Source: Dicyema japonicum
Taxonomy: Eukaryota > Animalia > Dicyemida
DNA: 53,718 nucleotides
Assembly (NCBI GenBank): GCA_011109175.1
Contig: RDEW01000074.1
Coordinates: 101,473 to 155,190, forward strand
Reading direction: 5' to 3'
In this document: piece after piece, positions 49,300-53,718 of the stretch
Layout: each line of letters opens with the position of its first letter
Numbering within the stretch: the first letter of the stretch is position 1
Notes under the pieces: generated by a model
The model's input: the letters and a program-made list of their open reading frames with translations, nothing else
Database searches by the model: none
Told to the model about the DNA's origin: nothing
Translations under genes and position numbers: made by a program

Positions 49300-49720
49300 A
49301 ATCCTTTTCTACTATGGGATCTAATAAATTGGACCTTAAAATAAAATCACTATAATTCTCAACTTTTTCATTATTTGTAGGTCCATTTCTTTATTGCAGC
49401 ATTTGGCATGATTAAAACATTTGAAAATGGTGTTTGGGCAGATTTCTTTCAGAGCATATCTCAAATATATCATGGCGTCTTTAATGTTCAGATTTTTGTA
49501 ATCTGGTTTTTCCAGATTCAATTTGTTAAATTATAATCGTTTTCTGATGGTAGACTGTGTTTTAATAAATTTGATTATTTTTGTCAAACGGAAGTTATTA
49601 AATTGTTACATTTGATGGTAAATACACTAGTTAGATATTTTTTTTAATAAAATTTGATAAATATTTTTTTTAAATTGGCGGTTAAGAAAACTGGCGGTTA
49701 GGAGATTGCCAACGATTTGG
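49300..49720 (-). mobile_element. pogo/Tigger (CENP-B-like) transposase C-terminal remnant
   Basis: NLNIKDAMIYL..ALKEICPNTIFKCFNHA resembles the Tigger INIKDAI..AW..TI.NCF motif. Confidence 0.6.
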
Positions 49721-49799
49721 AGATTTTCGGTAAAAAAATATTTATAAAAATTAATAATATAAAATTGTGACCTGTGTCTGCTCTTTCGCCCCAAGCAAA

Positions 49800-50090
49800 A
49801 AAATAATTCACCGGGCAGACCTTCTTCTCAAGCAGAGGAAATGAAAAATGCTAAGTATTCGGATATCAGCGACAGGTACATTTTCGCACCTGTCGCGATT
49901 GAAACTTCGGGGAACTTTGGCCCTAAAACGCTGAAGTTCCTGAATCATCTTGGAAAACTACTATCCGACAAAACTGGTGATCTTCGTGAGACGAGATGGC
50001 TCAAGGAGAGGCTCTCGTGGGATGTTGTCCGTGGGAATAGCTTATGCATCTCCCAACAGCTGAATAATTAAAATTAAAATTAACTATTCT
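49800..50090 (+). mobile_element. CRE 3' fragment
   Basis: KNAKYSDI..FAPVAIETSG.FGP..TGDLRETRWLKERLS..VRGN. Confidence 0.85.
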
Positions 50091-50394
50091 TTTTCCTTAT
50101 AATAAAATTAATATTCAGAAAAAAATATATAAAATTTAGATATTTATTGTCACCGTTCGTACGTGGAACTCTATCTAATTTTTTCGCATTTTTATAACAT
50201 TTTTCCAGACTCGATTAAATCAAAAATACCAATTTTTCAATGGCATTTGATGTCTGGTCACAATTAATCAAGAAAAAAATGATAAAATCAAAACAAGAAC
50301 AAACTTAATATCATTAATATCCTATAATCTATTAAAAATTAAAAAAAACTAAACGAAAATTAACTTTTAATATAAACAATTATTCAATTCTTAA

Positions 50395-50680
50395 CCATAC
50401 CCATTCCTTAGTATAGTCCGATCCCTAACCTTTCATAAAGCTAATCTCGAACATAAAACCTAAACCTTAGCTCTAAACCCTAATCCCTATTTTTAAACCC
50501 TAACTATTATCACTCGACCTAAACCATATCTTGAACCCTATCTTTTATCCATATCAAAACTAATGCCTTTCCTTAGAATATCTGACTGTAATCTCTACCC
50601 TTATCTAACATCAACCATAATCATTACATAATATCAACTCTAAACTTAATTCCTAATTATCATCTAAATCTAATTCCACA
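50395..50680. repeat. Degenerate C/A-rich repeat (CCCTAA/TAAACC-like)
   Basis: CCCTAACC, AAACCTAAACC, TAAACCCTAATCCCTA, AAACCCTAAC; nearly G-free on the plus strand. Confidence 0.5.
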
Positions 50681-50699
50681 TTAAGTCAAAAAGAAAAAA

Positions 50700-52300
50700 A
50701 ATTCTTTCTAGAATGTCATTTAAAACTCTTTTATTCTGCTTTGGTAGTCTATCGTTGTTTGTAAGTTACCACCATCTATGTGCACCATGTGTTCTTGTAT
50801 ATCCACTGCTTGATAAATTTTAGTGTCCAAGTGCTCATATAAACCACCTTTTCGTCGATGAATTGAAATCATTATCCATCCGTAGAATAACTTTATCCCC
50901 AACATTCAATGATTCTTCATCATTTTCCAGCTTCTTTTTTACGCATTTTTTTCAGCTAGTAAAGCATGTTTTCTAGTAAAATCCCTTTCAACGATAAGCC
51001 TTCATCTTAATACCGCAGTAAATTATTCAAACGTTCATCCGAACAACGTGACGGATTATCAACTCCCATAGATATCTTGAATGGAGCATGTTTTGTTGTC
51101 TCGTGATTAGTAACATTGTAACTGAATAAAATAGATTGATATTTTCCAAGAGTTCCTTTAATATCTGAAACTGATTTAACCTATACGTTATTATATAAAT
51201 GATACCTCTCAACCTGGCCTTTAACCAACGATGTTCCCGGTCTTCCAGAAATATATTTAATATGCGGGAAACGGTCTAGCTGAGGCAACGAATTGGGATC
51301 GCAGTTGTCTGCGCAAACGCTTACTCCGGAATGTCAGCAGCCGCTCTTCCCTGTTATTGTTAATAAATAATATTTTATTGTTAATAAATTGAGTTNTGAA
51401 CCAACGGTGTTCGCGGTCTTCCAGAAATATATTTAATATGCGGGAAACGGTCTAGCTGAGGCAACGAATTGGGATTGCAGTTGTCCGCGGAAACGCTTAC
51501 TCCGTAATGTCAGCAGCCGCTCTTCCCTGTTATTGTTAATAAATAATATTTTATTGTTAATAAATTGAGTTAAATATAAAAAAAATATTTACCCAGTTAC
51601 AAATTTCTCTGAGAAATGAGTTTCTGAACTCCAGAAAATTGTCTGTTTCTAGTATAATAGGTGGTCCATGAGGGTAAAAAAATTTCTGTAAAATCTTAGA
51701 TATTTCTTCAGCTGTTTTAGTTTTGGCTATAAATACCATACCAAAGTTTAAAAAAATAAACCATTAAAAAATCTAAATAAAAAAATTAAGAGCAACTACC
51801 CAAGAATATAGTTATTCATCTGGACTATCTTCTCACATCCATCGAATCAGCTATATATCTATCACGCGAATATTCTGCAATGATTGCCGTAATTGGAGGC
51901 CTCATCTCAGTCAGCCTTTTGGTCTGACAAACACATTTCTTCACAGCATTTGCAACTCCGAAACGAGTTAAATTGTAGATTTTTTAGATAACTGAATAAA
52001 CGATCCTCCCCATATGAGCAAAATTATGTTGATTCTACTAATTATAGACTAAAACACTATAATCAATCGTTGTTTCAGTTCTGCTTCTTCACTAAAAATC
52101 GCTGAAATAGATTATTGCCCTAATCCTATTATAATTGAATTACTATGTAATTGACTTCATCATCCTCGAAAACTAGCAAAGTGGCAAACGTCCAAATACG
52201 CTGTTTACATTTTTTTGTAAACGACCCATCAAGATACTGAAATATCTGGCGCAACTCATCTATGCTCAACGTGAAGCTTAAAACCATTTGCAGAAATAAA
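50700..52300 (-). mobile_element. Ty3/gypsy-type integrase remnant interrupted by a CRE fragment
   Basis: H..AH.G.DRL..C..CQ (H2C2), RDRYIADSMD, KTAEEISKILQKFF..GPPIILETDNFLEFRN, SYNVTNHETTKHAPF, LNVGDKVIL; no LTRs recognised. Confidence 0.8.
51226..51570 (+). mobile_element. CRE 3' end, duplicated around a single N, inserted in the integrase remnant
   Basis: Two copies of about 175 bp, each GCGGGAAACGGTCTAGCTGAGGCAACGAATTGGGAT..; N at 51396. Confidence 0.8.
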
Positions 52301-52464
52301 ATAAATTTTTTTTTTAATTTTAAATATTAATAAAGTTTTTTGTTAATTAAAAATAATAAAATATCATTAAAATGCCACTCTATTCATTTGAGTGGATTTT
52401 TTCTACTTTATGATTTTAAAATATTAACGATTTTAACTAAAGGGAAAATTTTTTTTAACAATTA

Positions 52465-53050
52465 AACAAATGTCAATTGAGGAAGCCTGCTGCGTGGATT
52501 GCGAACGAGTTTTCTCGGAGTATGACCATTCCAATCTTATGTCTCAGACATAACCCTTCTCGTTGATCCCTTTTCTTTCTGGCAAGCGTTCCTCCGAGTT
52601 CTCGTAAAAAATCAGCCGTCATTGGACCAACGGCTCCCGATGATTCGGTCGCAACAGGAGTAAATTAGTTGCGATACCCGAGGCAAGAATATTTCTTGAT
52701 TTTTAGGTTCTCCGCTGTCGAACCAGCTGCTCCAGGTGTCTGAACCGAATTGAAAATATTCGTGCTTGAGAACGTGTCTACACAAGTTGCGTCCCAGACC
52801 AAAGATCTTCCAGACGTGAAAGGGAAAAGGGTCATCCCGTCAGGTCTCTTTCCATCTCCTCGATCAAGACCCACTAATTCAAGCTGTGCTGGGAAGCCTG
52901 TAGCCTTCAGGGCTCTGATGATCACATCGTTCAGAGCAGCATGACGTGGTCCCCTTCCGGCGCTTCTTCTGCAGGACAGCGGGTGCAATCCCTTCGCATC
53001 GACTGTTTTCCCGTATCGGCATCAATGCTCCTGGCAAACGTCTAGTCCCA
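52465..53050 (-). mobile_element. CRE 3' fragment (CCHC + RLE)
   Basis: HPLSCRRSAGRGPRHAALN..DGKRPDGMTLFPF..LVWDATCVDT..KIKKY. Confidence 0.92.
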
Positions 53051-53420
53051 AGGAAAAATTAAATGTTTAATTTTTAACTCTCGTGCACAGACAGTGCATC
53101 AAGCCTTGTTTCTTATATGCATGCGCCTCGTGGGGACCGTCTATATCTTGGACAAATATGAGGAAAATCGAAGAAATGCAAAAAAATTGTTCTTGATAGA
53201 ATTTCACCTAACACCAAGAATGAAGTAGTAAACCAACTAATTAAGTGATCCCGGTACATCTCGAAAAGGATCGAGAGGTTTTTCTTATGTTCCTCCAGAG
53301 TACCCACGGCTTTCCTGTATCGGCGACGATTACCTTTCTTCAAAATTTGAAGAGTGGTAGATTTTTTCCCAAGTTACGTGTATTTGAGACTTCTAGTTTT
53401 GAATAGAAGAAACGACTCGT
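53050..53420. mobile_element. Jockey/I-like fragments in opposite orientations
   Basis: Plus strand SYACASWGPSISWTNMRKIEE (also at 25910); minus-strand 3' terminus ..GIT* TAATTAGTTGG at about 53235-53250. Confidence 0.65.
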
Positions 53421-53718
53421 TTCGTGACCAACACAGACCGATGAAACCCGAGCCGTTGTTTTCGAGAAATTTAATTGAATAAAAAAATAGTAGTTAAAAT
53501 TAAGAGGCCATTTATTTTTGTAAATATTTTTTAATTTTATTTTTTTATTAAGAAATCAAAATAAATATAAAATAGTTAAATAATAAATTACACAATGACA
53601 ACAAACTCTATAATTGCATTTAAATATTCTGATTGTGCAATAATTGCCTCTGATTCTGTTAAAGATAATGATATTCCTGACTGTGAGATAATAATAATAT
53701 TAAGACGGTGATAATATT

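Overview
AT-rich eukaryotic (metazoan) genomic scaffold with three N-gaps and several single-N joins. It is mostly decayed mobile DNA. Non-LTR retrotransposons include CRE-clade elements (one intact RT-CCHC-RLE ORF at 8097-10418), RTE, R4/Dong-like and Jockey/I-like families. Also present are hAT and pogo/Tigger DNA-transposon remnants, a Ty3/gypsy integrase remnant, a tRNA-headed SINE sharing a 3' stem-loop with the RTE LINE, and a 166-168 bp satellite array at the left end. The one clear host gene, missed by the ORF track, is a sodium:solute symporter (SLC5A5/6/8/12-like) at 19849-21675 (-). It is split by 13 GT-AG introns of only 22-26 nt, many at positions I recall as conserved in vertebrate SLC5A5/SLC5A8. 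This points to a tiny-intron animal, most likely a dicyemid (inference; a myxozoan or orthonectid is not excluded). There is also a CLC-3/4/5 pseudogene and an orphan 151-aa ORF with a hydrophobic N-terminus. All homology calls come from manual translation and recalled motifs; no database searches were run.
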